DNA of 64,000 nucleotides, taken from assembly GCA_965198175.1 (NCBI GenBank), contig OZ240245.1, positions 3,360,001-3,424,000 on the forward strand, read 5' to 3'. Made by a program: the position numbers and the translations under genes. Within the stretch, counting starts at the first letter, position 1; the number at the start of each line of letters is the position of its first letter. The DNA is from Candidatus Poribacteria bacterium (lineage in GTDB: Bacteria; Poribacteria; WGA-4E; PCPOR2b). Under the pieces are notes generated by a model. It saw only the letters and a program-made list of their open reading frames with translations, was not told the origin of the DNA and ran no database searches. Positions 1 to 9,311 of the stretch are shown here, one piece after another.

Positions 1-28
1 AAACAATAAACATAGTTGAGAGAAACCG

Positions 29-2221
29 ATGCCACGACTCACGGTACAGGAACAACAAGAGATTATCCGCCACCTTGAAGCAGACAAGCCGCTACCTGAC
101 AAATACCGCTTTCTGCTGTTTGAGGACAAACGCGAGGTGGAATTGGTTTGGAACGGCAAGACCAACACGGTGTGCAACATCGTCCTTCCCTTTCAATCAA
201 TTGAACTCGTGGATGAACCCCGCGCCGAAAAAACCTCCGACACATCCTTGCAACTAGACCTTTTTGACGAGCGCGGACGTCAACGCAAGGGATGGACGAA
301 CAAACTGATTTGGGGCGACAACAAGCTAATTTTGTCATCGCTCAAGAACGGTCCCCTGCGGGAAGAGATTGAGTCGCAGGGCGGGCTCAAGCTAATTTAT
401 ATCGACCCGCCCTTTGATGTCGGCGCAGATTTTTCGATGGATATTGAGATTGGCGGCGATACCTTTACTAAAAAGCCGAACATCCTCGAAGAGATTGCCT
501 ACCGCGACACTTGGGGTAAAGGCGCGGATTCTTTTATCGCCATGATTTATGAACGGCTGGTTCTGATGCGGGATTTGCTGGCGGAGGACGGGAGTATTTA
601 TGTGCATTGTGACTGGAGAGTGAACCACTACTTGAGATCTATCTTGGAAGATATTTTTGCTCATTTTCTCTGTCAAATTGTATGGAAACGTTCCAGCATC
701 CGGAAAGCCGCATCCAAGAAGTTTCTGTCAGTGGACGATTTAATTCTAATTTATCAAAAGTCTAACCAGTACATTTTTAATTCTGTGTATCTGCCGTACT
801 CTGAAGATTATAAGAAACGATTTAATCAAGTAGATGAGCATGGAAAATACTATTGGATTGACATTGGTACATATTCACAAGAACGTCTCGAAAAACTTAA
901 ATCAATGGGGAGGGTTCGATTTCCTGACAATCCTAATGCTAATCCAAGAATCAAGCACTATCTTCACGAAGGAAAAGGCGTTCAGCCTGATAATATTTGG
1001 ACAGACATTATCCCTATCAACTCACAGGCAAAGGAGGCAACTGGCTATGCTACCCAAAAACCTGCAGCCCTACTCAATCGCATCATCAAAGCGTCTTCTA
1101 ACGAGGGCGACCTCGTCGCCGATTTCTTCTGCGGCTCCGGCACGACCGCCGCTGTCGCTGAAAAGCTGGGGCGCAAGTGGATTGCCACGGATCTCGGTAA
1201 GTTCGCCATCCACACCACGCGAAAGCGGATGATTGGCGTCCAACGTCAACGCAAGGCGGACGGGGAGGACTACCGCGCCTTTGAGATTCTCAACCTTGGC
1301 AGGTACGAGCGTCAGCACTATATCGGTGTCAATCCAAACCTGCGCGAGGAAGAACAGCAACAGCAATTGAAAGAGAAGGAGGAGGCGTTCATCAACCTCA
1401 TCCTGCGTGCTTACGCTGCCGAAAAAACGGACGGTTTTCCCGCCTTTCAAGGTGTGAAAGCCGGGCGACTGGTGGCGGTGGGACCTGTTAATCTGCCGGT
1501 AACGCGACTGTTCATTGAAGAGCTCATCTTGGAATGTCGCAAGAACCATATCACGCGAGTGGATGTCCTCGGCTTTGAGTTTGAGATGGGACTGTTCCCC
1601 AACCTGCTAGATGAGGCGCAGCGCAAAGGCATTGACCTCCTGCCAAAACACATTCCCGCCGATGTGTTCGACAAGCGGGCGGTGGAGCGAAATCAGGTGG
1701 TGTTCCACGATGTGGCGTATATTGAAGTCAAACCGCTGGTAGACCCTGGCAAGATGGGCACACCTCCTACCGTAGCGGTGGAACTGACCAATTTTTCCGT
1801 GTTTTACTCGCAGGATGCCAATACCGACGCCGAGCAGCGGCTCAAAAACAAGGGCAGCCGAACCATAGTGGACAAGGGGCAGATTGTGAAAGTGAGCCGA
1901 GATGCAAACGGGGTTTTCAGCCGCGAAGTGTTGACTATAAACTGGACGGACTGGATCGATTACTGGTCTGTGGATTTTGACTTCGAGAGCAAACGCGAAA
2001 TCATCCGCGCCCAGCATCCTGAGACGGAGGAATGGGAAGAGCAGTGGACCGGCGATTACATCTTTGAAAATGAGTGGCAGAGCTTCCGCACCAAGAAGGA
2101 CCGCTCTTTAGAATTGACTAGCGTCGCCCATGAATGCAGACCGGGACGCCGCAAACTCGCTGTCAAAGTCATAGACATCTTTGGGAATGATACGATGACG
2201 ATTGTGGAGGTGTCTGTTTGA
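29..2221 (+). CDS. Site-specific N6-adenine DNA methyltransferase (type III R-M Mod-like)
   Basis: IYIDPPF catalytic motif, TQKP motif and [12 protein letters not shown]-binding motif in beta-class order; long C-terminal extension ending [10 protein letters not shown]. Confidence 0.92.
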   Translation: MPRLTVQEQQEIIRHLEADKPLPDKYRFLLFEDKREVELVWNGKTNTVCNIVLPFQSIELVDEPRAEKTSDTSLQLDLFDERGRQRKGWTNKLIWGDNKLILSSLKNGPLREEIESQGGLKLIYIDPPFDVGADFSMDIEIGGDTFTKKPNILEEIAYRDTWGKGADSFIAMIYERLVLMRDLLAEDGSIYVHCDWRVNHYLRSILEDIFAHFLCQIVWKRSSIRKAASKKFLSVDDLILIYQKSNQYIFNSVYLPYSEDYKKRFNQVDEHGKYYWIDIGTYSQERLEKLKSMGRVRFPDNPNANPRIKHYLHEGKGVQPDNIWTDIIPINSQAKEATGYATQKPAALLNRIIKASSNEGDLVADFFCGSGTTAAVAEKLGRKWIATDLGKFAIHTTRKRMIGVQRQRKADGEDYRAFEILNLGRYERQHYIGVNPNLREEEQQQQLKEKEEAFINLILRAYAAEKTDGFPAFQGVKAGRLVAVGPVNLPVTRLFIEELILECRKNHITRVDVLGFEFEMGLFPNLLDEAQRKGIDLLPKHIPADVFDKRAVERNQVVFHDVAYIEVKPLVDPGKMGTPPTVAVELTNFSVFYSQDANTDAEQRLKNKGSRTIVDKGQIVKVSRDANGVFSREVLTINWTDWIDYWSVDFDFESKREIIRAQHPETEEWEEQWTGDYIFENEWQSFRTKKDRSLELTSVAHECRPGRRKLAVKVIDIFGNDTMTIVEVSV
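2156..2221 (+). repeat. Direct repeat copy 1: last 22 codons of mod
   Basis: Encodes [21 protein letters not shown]; 38-bp core 2177-2214 is identical to 4092-4129. Confidence 0.95.
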
Positions 2222-3093
2222 GATTTTCTCTGCCAGCAGAGATTCACCACAACTACGCAAGTTTTGAAGGATTGGCGAACCTCTATGCCCAGACAAAAGA
2301 GTGCATCTTTGATATTATTGAGATTGACATGGGGTCAACTCAGTGGTTTGATGCCGATATGTGTGCGGCGTTCGGTGCAATCCTCTATAGCTTGGGCAAA
2401 AACGCAAACACAGTCAGATTAATCCACCTTCAACAACACGTCAATGCAATTCTGTCAAAAAACGGCTTTATGAGTCACTACGGGCGTGTGAAACTTCACG
2501 ACTGGTGGGGAACGACCATTGCTTATCAACGGTTTGATGTCAAAGACGACCGCTATTTCTCTGGTTATATTGAAAATGAGTTGATTCATCGTTCGGAGAT
2601 ACCTAAAATGTTGCCTGGCTTGTTGAAGAAATTTCGCGAAAGTATTTTCGAGATTTTCAGCAATGCAGTATTACATTCGGATACTGACATGGGGATATTT
2701 AGCTGCGGGCAGTTTTTCCCTAGGCAACATCGGCTTGATTTCACGGTAGCCGATCTTGGGGTTGGCATGCGTCAAAATATAAAAAATCATATCGGGCTTG
2801 AACTTCCACCGGAAGAAGCAATAAACTGGGCCACTGCGAAGCGTAATACAACCAAGCGTGGCAACGTGCCGGGCGGGTTGGGATTGAAGATTCTTTGTGA
2901 GTTTATTGACTTGAATGGTGGCTGCATCCAGATTGTATCGGATGCCGGTTATTGGCAGCGGAGGAACACTGAAACCGTAACCAAGCTACTAAGTTATCCG
3001 TTTCCCGGTACAGTGGTAAATGTGGAAATCAATACGGCGGATAAACACGTTTACGGACTTGCTTCTGAATTAACCGCAGATAACATTTTTTAA
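2218..3093 (+). CDS. GHKL/HATPase-domain ATP-binding protein with STAS-like N-terminus
   Basis: N box [11 protein letters not shown]1 box DLGVG, G2 box GGLGL, FPGT; TTG start overlaps the mod stop. Confidence 0.85.
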   Translation: MRFSLPAEIHHNYASFEGLANLYAQTKECIFDIIEIDMGSTQWFDADMCAAFGAILYSLGKNANTVRLIHLQQHVNAILSKNGFMSHYGRVKLHDWWGTTIAYQRFDVKDDRYFSGYIENELIHRSEIPKMLPGLLKKFRESIFEIFSNAVLHSDTDMGIFSCGQFFPRQHRLDFTVADLGVGMRQNIKNHIGLELPPEEAINWATAKRNTTKRGNVPGGLGLKILCEFIDLNGGCIQIVSDAGYWQRRNTETVTKLLSYPFPGTVVNVEINTADKHVYGLASELTADNIF

Positions 3094-3103
3094 GGAGATA
3101 GCC

Positions 3104-3493
3104 TTGCCAGAAGATATTCAGATATCCATGTTTGAGACCGTAGGCAGTCCACTTTGCGTCGCTTCCGACGATGGACAGAAGGTTTATGACCGCCTCGCCG
3201 CCGCTCTTAAAGCGGATCGGTCTGTCGCACTCTCATTTCACAATGTCACTGCGCTGACCTCAGCTTTTCTGAATGCCGCAATAGGTCAGTTGTATGGCAC
3301 ATTTAGTGAGGAACAAATTCGTGCTCAGCTGAAGGTAGAAGATGTCGAGCCAGATGATCTTTCGTTGTTGAAACGTGTCGTTGACACAGCCAAGCTTTAC
3401 TTCAAAGAACCGCGAAGATTTGACCAAGTGGTTGGAGGAAAACTCGACCAAGTGGTTCGAGAAACGCTGGGAGATGAAGACGATGAAGCCTAA
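3104..3493 (+). CDS. STAS-like domain protein (DUF4325-like)
   Basis: DGQKVY...VALSFHNV...TSAFLNAAIGQLY pattern; AAGGAG Shine-Dalgarno before the TTG start. Confidence 0.8.
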   Translation: MPEDIQISMFETVGSPLCVASDDGQKVYDRLAAALKADRSVALSFHNVTALTSAFLNAAIGQLYGTFSEEQIRAQLKVEDVEPDDLSLLKRVVDTAKLYFKEPRRFDQVVGGKLDQVVRETLGDEDDEA

Positions 3494-4013
3494 TGCAGTG
3501 GCGGGGCATTACTTCACATCCCAAGACAAACTGTTTCTAGATGCCAATATCTGGGTGTATATCTTCGGCCCACAGAAACCGGGGAATCGTTGGGTGAAGA
3601 TTTACTCCACGGCTTTTAGCCGTATTTTGAATGCAAAAAGCGAAATTTATATTGATGTCCTCGTCGTTTCAGAATTTATCAACGTATGTGCCAGAGAGAA
3701 GTCGAAATTTTTCCCATGGCCTATGGGCGATTTCAAAAAGTTTCGCAAAAGCCGACGTTTCAAACCGATTGCTCAAGGTATTGTCGCCGATGTCAAGCGT
3801 ATTCTGAAGCATTGTTTACTGATAGAAAGTGGCTTTGCAACATTGGAATTTGATGACTTGCTTGATGAGTATGCCCACGGCAATTCTGATTTCAATGACC
3901 AAGTTATAACGGAACTCTGCAAAACCAACGGACTGACACTGATAACCAATGACAGCGATTTCAGAAGTCAAGTAATCCCCGTTTTGACTGCAAATAAATC
4001 TCTGCTGCGTTAA
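3483..4013 (+). CDS. PIN-domain ribonuclease (toxin-like)
   Basis: LFLDANIW, VVSEFIN, DFNDQVI, LITNDSDF acidic PIN motifs; likely start is ATG 3483 (or 3474), overlapping the upstream gene. Confidence 0.88.
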   Translation: MKPNAVAGHYFTSQDKLFLDANIWVYIFGPQKPGNRWVKIYSTAFSRILNAKSEIYIDVLVVSEFINVCAREKSKFFPWPMGDFKKFRKSRRFKPIAQGIVADVKRILKHCLLIESGFATLEFDDLLDEYAHGNSDFNDQVITELCKTNGLTLITNDSDFRSQVIPVLTANKSLLR

Positions 4014-4070
4014 TTGACAGATTCTCACTACGACTTCGCAAAAATAATCCTTGACCTACCTTACGCAAGC

Positions 4071-4136
4071 CTCGCTGTCAAGGTGGTGGATATCTTTGGG
4101 AATGATACGATGACGATTGTGGAGGTGTCGACGTGA
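4071..4136 (+). repeat. Direct repeat copy 2: orphan duplicate of the mod 3' end
   Basis: Encodes [21 protein letters not shown]; its TGA overlaps the GTG start of the ATPase. Confidence 0.95.
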
Positions 4137-5527
4137 GTATGAAAATACGTTTGAAAAATCTTGGAGTGTTAAAGCAGGCAGAGTTTTCTCTGGGTGATTT
4201 GACCATCATCTGCGGCAAAAATAATACCGGCAAAACCTATGCGACCTATGCACTATACGGCTTCTTGAATTCTTGGCGTAAACTGATTTTCTTTGCGGGG
4301 TTGGATACTCAACGCCAAAGCTTGCTTACAGATGGAGTCCTCAAGATTGGGTTGGGCGAATATGTCGAGAAAGCCGATCGGCTGCTTGCTGACATGTATG
4401 CGAGATATACCAACCAACTAGATAGGATTTTTGCAGCATCTGAAGGCCAGTTTAGTAGAAGTGAGTTTCAAATCGAGACGGGGGTAATTGACATACGCCA
4501 TACGGAGTTTAATCGCGAAATCGGGCTCACCGAAGAAGGTTTTTTGACCTATTCAAAGCAGAAGGGTAGTGAGGAGCTGAAAATCACTTTGGCGGTGAAA
4601 AGAGACGGTGAAAGAAAATTCGATCCTGATTATACCGAAGCGGCTATTAGCCTGATTCTCAAGGAAGTTATTTTTTCCGACTGTTTCCCTAGCCCCTTTA
4701 TCTCCTCCGCCGAACGCACTGGAGTGGCTATTTTTCGGAAAGAACTCAACTTTGCTCGAAATCGCCTTCTTGAAGAAATGGGGCGAGTTGACAAGAAGAT
4801 TAATCCGAGAGAACTACTATTCAAAGCCTACCAAAGTTACCCTCTGCCAGTAGAAGAGAATGTGGATTTTATACGCCAACTTGAGGACATTACAAAAAGA
4901 AAAAGTTACATCGCTAAGGAACAGTCCGAAGTACTGGGACACTTTGCTGACATTATCGGTGGCGAATATGCTATAACACAGGACGATCAACTCTACTTCA
5001 TCCCCAAGGGTACGCGACTTAAATTGACGATGGTGGAAAGTTCAAGCGCTGTGCGTTCACTCTTGGATATCGGTTTTTATCTGCGTCATGTTGCTCAAAA
5101 GGGCGATTTACTTATGGTAGACGAGCCGGAATTAAACCTGCATCCAGAGAACCAACGCCGCATCGCCCGTCTTTTTGCGCGTCTAGTGAATTTGGGTGTT
5201 AAGGTTTTTATCACCACCCACAGCGATTACATTGTTAAGGAACTAAACACCCTCATCATGCTCAATCACGACAAGCCACATCTGAAAAGAATTGCCGAAG
5301 AAAACGGCTATCGACAATCTGAGTTAATCTGTTCAAATCAAGTCAAGGTCTACATGGCTCAAGAGGAGTTGATGCCATTAGAGGAGGGGCAGAAGAGACG
5401 GAGAAGGGGTTATACACTCGTGCCAGCTGATATTGACCCAGAGCTTGGCATTGAAGCGCCTAGCTTTGACGAGACCATTGACGACATGAATAAGATTCTA
5501 GAAGACATCGTGTGGGGTGCGGAGTAA
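4133..5527 (+). CDS. ABC-type AAA ATPase (AAA_15/AAA_21-like)
   Basis: Walker A GKNNTGKT, degenerate signature ESSSAVR, Walker B VDEPE, H-loop ITTHS. Confidence 0.88.
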   Translation: MSMKIRLKNLGVLKQAEFSLGDLTIICGKNNTGKTYATYALYGFLNSWRKLIFFAGLDTQRQSLLTDGVLKIGLGEYVEKADRLLADMYARYTNQLDRIFAASEGQFSRSEFQIETGVIDIRHTEFNREIGLTEEGFLTYSKQKGSEELKITLAVKRDGERKFDPDYTEAAISLILKEVIFSDCFPSPFISSAERTGVAIFRKELNFARNRLLEEMGRVDKKINPRELLFKAYQSYPLPVEENVDFIRQLEDITKRKSYIAKEQSEVLGHFADIIGGEYAITQDDQLYFIPKGTRLKLTMVESSSAVRSLLDIGFYLRHVAQKGDLLMVDEPELNLHPENQRRIARLFARLVNLGVKVFITTHSDYIVKELNTLIMLNHDKPHLKRIAEENGYRQSELICSNQVKVYMAQEELMPLEEGQKRRRRGYTLVPADIDPELGIEAPSFDETIDDMNKILEDIVWGAE

Positions 5528-5532
5528 GGTTC

Positions 5533-6108
5533 GTGAATGATATTGAAATATTACAGGAAATGCTCGTCCCTGATGCGCAAGTCCCGTTACAACAAGGGCA
5601 AGGTAAGTCCTCTGTCCAACTAAAAGATGAGCAAGCCGGGACAATTGTTGAGATCAAAGGTCTACCTCGTGACTCAATTGTCATCAGAGCGGAAGCTTTC
5701 GAAGATTCGCTTAAACTCTTTGAGGGTTCAAAGGGCGAGCGCAGACGTGCTGATTTTGTGATTATATCCATCGATTCAAGAAAGTGGATCGTATGTATTG
5801 AAACTCAAAAAAGCAACTACAAATCCCCAAAGGAAGTCATTGAGCAACTAAAAGGCACCCTATGTTTTGTGAGTTACTGTAAATGTATTGGAAGGGAATT
5901 CTGGCTAGAGAAAGAATTTCTTGATGACTACTACTACCGATTTGTAAGCATGGTAGATGTTGACACTAACAAGGAAACGAAAAAAACGCGACCCTATTCG
6001 CCCCACATTCAGTCCAAAGGGAAATTACATGACAGCCCTGCCGCTTTTTTGAAAATTTATCGGAGACCGAGTCTTTATTTTCGTAAGTTGCTTTCTAAGG
6101 TGCCCTAA
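5533..6108 (+). CDS. Hypothetical protein, putative PD-(D/E)XK-like nuclease partner of the ATPase
   Basis: RRADFVII...CIETQK...EQLKG pattern; likely GTG start at 5533, 5 nt after the ATPase stop. Confidence 0.55.
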   Translation: MNDIEILQEMLVPDAQVPLQQGQGKSSVQLKDEQAGTIVEIKGLPRDSIVIRAEAFEDSLKLFEGSKGERRRADFVIISIDSRKWIVCIETQKSNYKSPKEVIEQLKGTLCFVSYCKCIGREFWLEKEFLDDYYYRFVSMVDVDTNKETKKTRPYSPHIQSKGKLHDSPAAFLKIYRRPSLYFRKLLSKVP

Positions 6109-6125
6109 TGGCACCAAGATGACCT

Positions 6126-7913
6126 ATGATTCCCATCTTTACACACCCACTCGGCTTCCTCTCACTATTGGCAATTCCTGGACTTGTCGGTATCTATTTG
6201 CTACGCACCCGATCGCGTCGGTACCCGGTGTCCAGCTTGATGCTGTGGGTGAACCAGCGACAGGCGCGTAAAGGCGGTTTGCGCGTCGAGCGGTTGCAAA
6301 CACCGCTCCTATTCTTTCTGGAGTTGCTCACCATTTTACTGCTCGTTCTCGCAGTGGCAGCCCCAATCATTCGGACAGCGCGGGGCGCGATACCGCTAAT
6401 CGTCGTGCTCGACGATTCCTACTCAATGCTGGCTGGCGCCGATGATACCCCTAGGAGTCGGGCGATTGCTGCGCTTGAGAAGGAGCTTGACACTGAAGGG
6501 TTGAATCCGCTTGTAAACCGCCGGTACGCGGTGCGCTACGTGCTCGCGGGTGCAGAGCCGCAGATTTTGAGTGAAGCGGCGAAAACCGCGCGTGAAGCAA
6601 CCGCGCAGCTTGAAGACTGGAGGTGTCTTTCGCCATTTGCGGACTTAGGGGGGGCGATAGCGTTCGCCGCCGAACTTGGGGGACCGAAGACTCCCATCCT
6701 AGTCCTTACCGATGAACCGCCCTCCCAAACGCTGGACGGGGAGCGCATTCAGTGGTGGGGCTTCGGAATCCGTCAACCGAACGTCGCGTTCGTCAACGCG
6801 ACCCGATCTGCCGCCGATACGGGTGAACGTTGTCTGTTTGAAATTACCAATCTCTCACCGAACACGAGGGCTACAGAGTTTGTTGTAACCGCTAATGGCG
6901 CCACCGTGCAACAACCTACCTCACCGCTACGCCGTTCCACTCTCGAACTCGGTCCGATGGCGACACACCGGATTATCATGAACCTTTTGCCGGAGGCGCC
7001 GCCGTTACGAGCGCGAATCGGCGATGATACGCTTGCAATCGACAACGAAGTTGTGCTCTTGCCGCAACGCCAAAAGCCGGTGCGCGTGGATGTCCGTATT
7101 CGAGACCCGCAGATCCGTTCGTTAGTTGAGAATGCGCTCGCGTCAACGGATAGAAGTACCCCGGCAATTGGCCGCCCCGAGTTGGTGTTTCTTGATGATA
7201 CAACGGTATCCGATGTCTTCTCGGGGGCGTGGTATATGTACGTAATCAGCGAACCGGAGGCGTCGGCTTATCTCGGTCCATTTGTCGTCGATCAGAGGCA
7301 CCCGTTGACCGAGGGGCTTTCGTTCAACGGCGTCGTGTGGGGCGCCGGTGTGACCGAGGCGTTTATGGGGCGCCCAATTATCACCGCCGGAAACGTCCCG
7401 CTATTGACAGATACAGAGCGTTTCACGGGCAGTCACGAACTCCGATTGCGCCTTCGTCCGGACCTGTCAACCCTCCAACGTTCTCCTAACTGGCCCGCAT
7501 TGATGTGGAATCTCCTTCAGTGGCGTGCCTCCGAAACCCCCGGATTAGACCGCGCCAACCTTCGGCTAGGTGAAACCGCTGTGCTGACAACCGAGCTGGG
7601 TACGGAATCTGTGCAGGTTGTTTCACCCAATGGCGCGATGCGGGAACAACCTGTGGTGGACCGGACGATAAACGTCAAGACTAAGTCGGTCGGCGTCTAC
7701 GAATTTCTGACCGACACAGGCAGATATGTGTTCGCCTCAAACGCACTACACCAGGAAGAGTCAGACCTTACGAACAAGGCGACGGGGCGTTGGGGCGATT
7801 GGGGAGACACAACCTTGCGGTGGTGGGGCTACCAGAGTTTTTCATGGTTCTTCCTGCTGCTCGCGATCGGCATCTTAACGCTGCACCTGCTTTTCTCGAA
7901 ACGTGAAACGTAG
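6126..7913 (+). CDS. BatA/vWA-domain membrane protein
   Basis: N-terminal BatA-like F.HPLG...PVSSLMLW segment, vWA MIDAS-like DDSYSM and LTD motifs, C-terminal TM helix. Confidence 0.8.
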   Translation: MIPIFTHPLGFLSLLAIPGLVGIYLLRTRSRRYPVSSLMLWVNQRQARKGGLRVERLQTPLLFFLELLTILLLVLAVAAPIIRTARGAIPLIVVLDDSYSMLAGADDTPRSRAIAALEKELDTEGLNPLVNRRYAVRYVLAGAEPQILSEAAKTAREATAQLEDWRCLSPFADLGGAIAFAAELGGPKTPILVLTDEPPSQTLDGERIQWWGFGIRQPNVAFVNATRSAADTGERCLFEITNLSPNTRATEFVVTANGATVQQPTSPLRRSTLELGPMATHRIIMNLLPEAPPLRARIGDDTLAIDNEVVLLPQRQKPVRVDVRIRDPQIRSLVENALASTDRSTPAIGRPELVFLDDTTVSDVFSGAWYMYVISEPEASAYLGPFVVDQRHPLTEGLSFNGVVWGAGVTEAFMGRPIITAGNVPLLTDTERFTGSHELRLRLRPDLSTLQRSPNWPALMWNLLQWRASETPGLDRANLRLGETAVLTTELGTESVQVVSPNGAMREQPVVDRTINVKTKSVGVYEFLTDTGRYVFASNALHQEESDLTNKATGRWGDWGDTTLRWWGYQSFSWFFLLLAIGILTLHLLFSKRET

Positions 7914-8246
7914 CACGCCCAGTTCCGTTATTTCTTCATACAAGTCAAGGCTTAAAACCGCGTATTTCGCCATTCCGACCCCAACAAGCCCAACATTTTT
8001 TCCCGTTTTACAATCGCTCCGACGAAGGTTGCATTGTTACCGCTGTCAGCATCTGCACTGGGCGGGCTCCCTCCCCTTAAAGGATTTCCTGACGATACCC
8101 CTCGTGCGACAGATAAGGAATCCGCAAGAGTCAACCGGTTTTTGAAACCAGAAACCTACGGCTGCGTAGACGATTACCACAGGACAGAAGCAGTAAAGTA
8201 TTAGGTCAGGTTTAACAGAGTAAAACTCTACGCTAAGCCGCACGAG

Positions 8247-9206
8247 TTGTGTATGGAATGTCATCGTCATTTTAATATCCGCTGTTGCAAAGTCGAGCCT
8301 AAGATTAAATGGTTTGTTTTGTCGAGTCTATTAGCCCTATGTCTAGGATGTTCAGAAACCGAAGATGTTGATCGACCATTTACGGAACATGTCGTTGAGC
8401 CAGTCGATCCTGAAAATGAAATCAATAGTATAACAGCTACATTCCGCTTAGCAACGTGGAATATCCGAATCTTCAGTGATAACAGTCGAAACGACGAGGA
8501 GTTACAACTTATCGCCAACGTGTTGATAGATTACGATTTTATCGCTATCGTTGAGTTGCGCGATGAAAACGTGCTAAAACGTACAGAACGCATATTGGAG
8601 CTTATGGGTAAAGATTATGATTACTTAATGAGCCGTAGGGTTGGCGGAAAAGTAAAGGAACGTTATGCCTTTTTGTTCGATCGACAAATTGTAAACGTCC
8701 TTGAGGATGGAAAGGTGTTCCCGGACCCGCACGACACTTTTTTCCGTGAGCCGTATTTCGCATCGTTCAGGGCAGGCAAATTTGACTTTACCGCAATTGT
8801 AATCCATGTGATTTGGGGTACTACGGTTGCCAAACGTAGGAGTGAGGTACAAGAATTAGCCGATGTCTATCAGACAGTACAGGAGATGAATGGCGTAGAG
8901 CAGGATGTGATTCTACTGGGAGATTTCAATCGCAACCCCGATGACCAAAAAGCCTATCAGCCATTGATGCAAATTTCTGGAATGTTGCACCTGTTCAAAT
9001 TGCCAACAAAATCCCACATTAAGGACTCTAGTTTATATGACAACATCTTTTTCCAATCGTTACATGTAACTGAATACACTGGAGAGAGTGGCGTTGACCG
9101 TTTTGATGAAACAGACTTTGGAAATAACGATAAAGCAGCTTCTCTTGCAGTGAGCGACCATCGCCCTGTTTGGGGTGAGTTTCGGATAGACACAGATGAC
9201 GATTGA
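8247..9206 (+). CDS. Endonuclease/exonuclease/phosphatase (DNase I-like) lipoprotein
   Basis: TWNI, VELRD, GDFN, YDNI and SDHRPV motifs; lipobox-like CLGC; true start uncertain. Confidence 0.85.
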   Translation: MCMECHRHFNIRCCKVEPKIKWFVLSSLLALCLGCSETEDVDRPFTEHVVEPVDPENEINSITATFRLATWNIRIFSDNSRNDEELQLIANVLIDYDFIAIVELRDENVLKRTERILELMGKDYDYLMSRRVGGKVKERYAFLFDRQIVNVLEDGKVFPDPHDTFFREPYFASFRAGKFDFTAIVIHVIWGTTVAKRRSEVQELADVYQTVQEMNGVEQDVILLGDFNRNPDDQKAYQPLMQISGMLHLFKLPTKSHIKDSSLYDNIFFQSLHVTEYTGESGVDRFDETDFGNNDKAASLAVSDHRPVWGEFRIDTDDD

Positions 9207-9311
9207 ATCACGGAAAAACAGCGATTCGAAAGTGGGCAGCCAGCTTCTCGTAACGAGAAAAGATACGACCCTTGAGAACCTTTTCCCTTTGTGTTTCGCC
9301 TTTATATATAG

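Noticed and set aside
7914..8246. Possible ncRNA (SRP or 6S) in this intergenic gap
   Set aside because: No SRP GGAA-loop motif or convincing long hairpin
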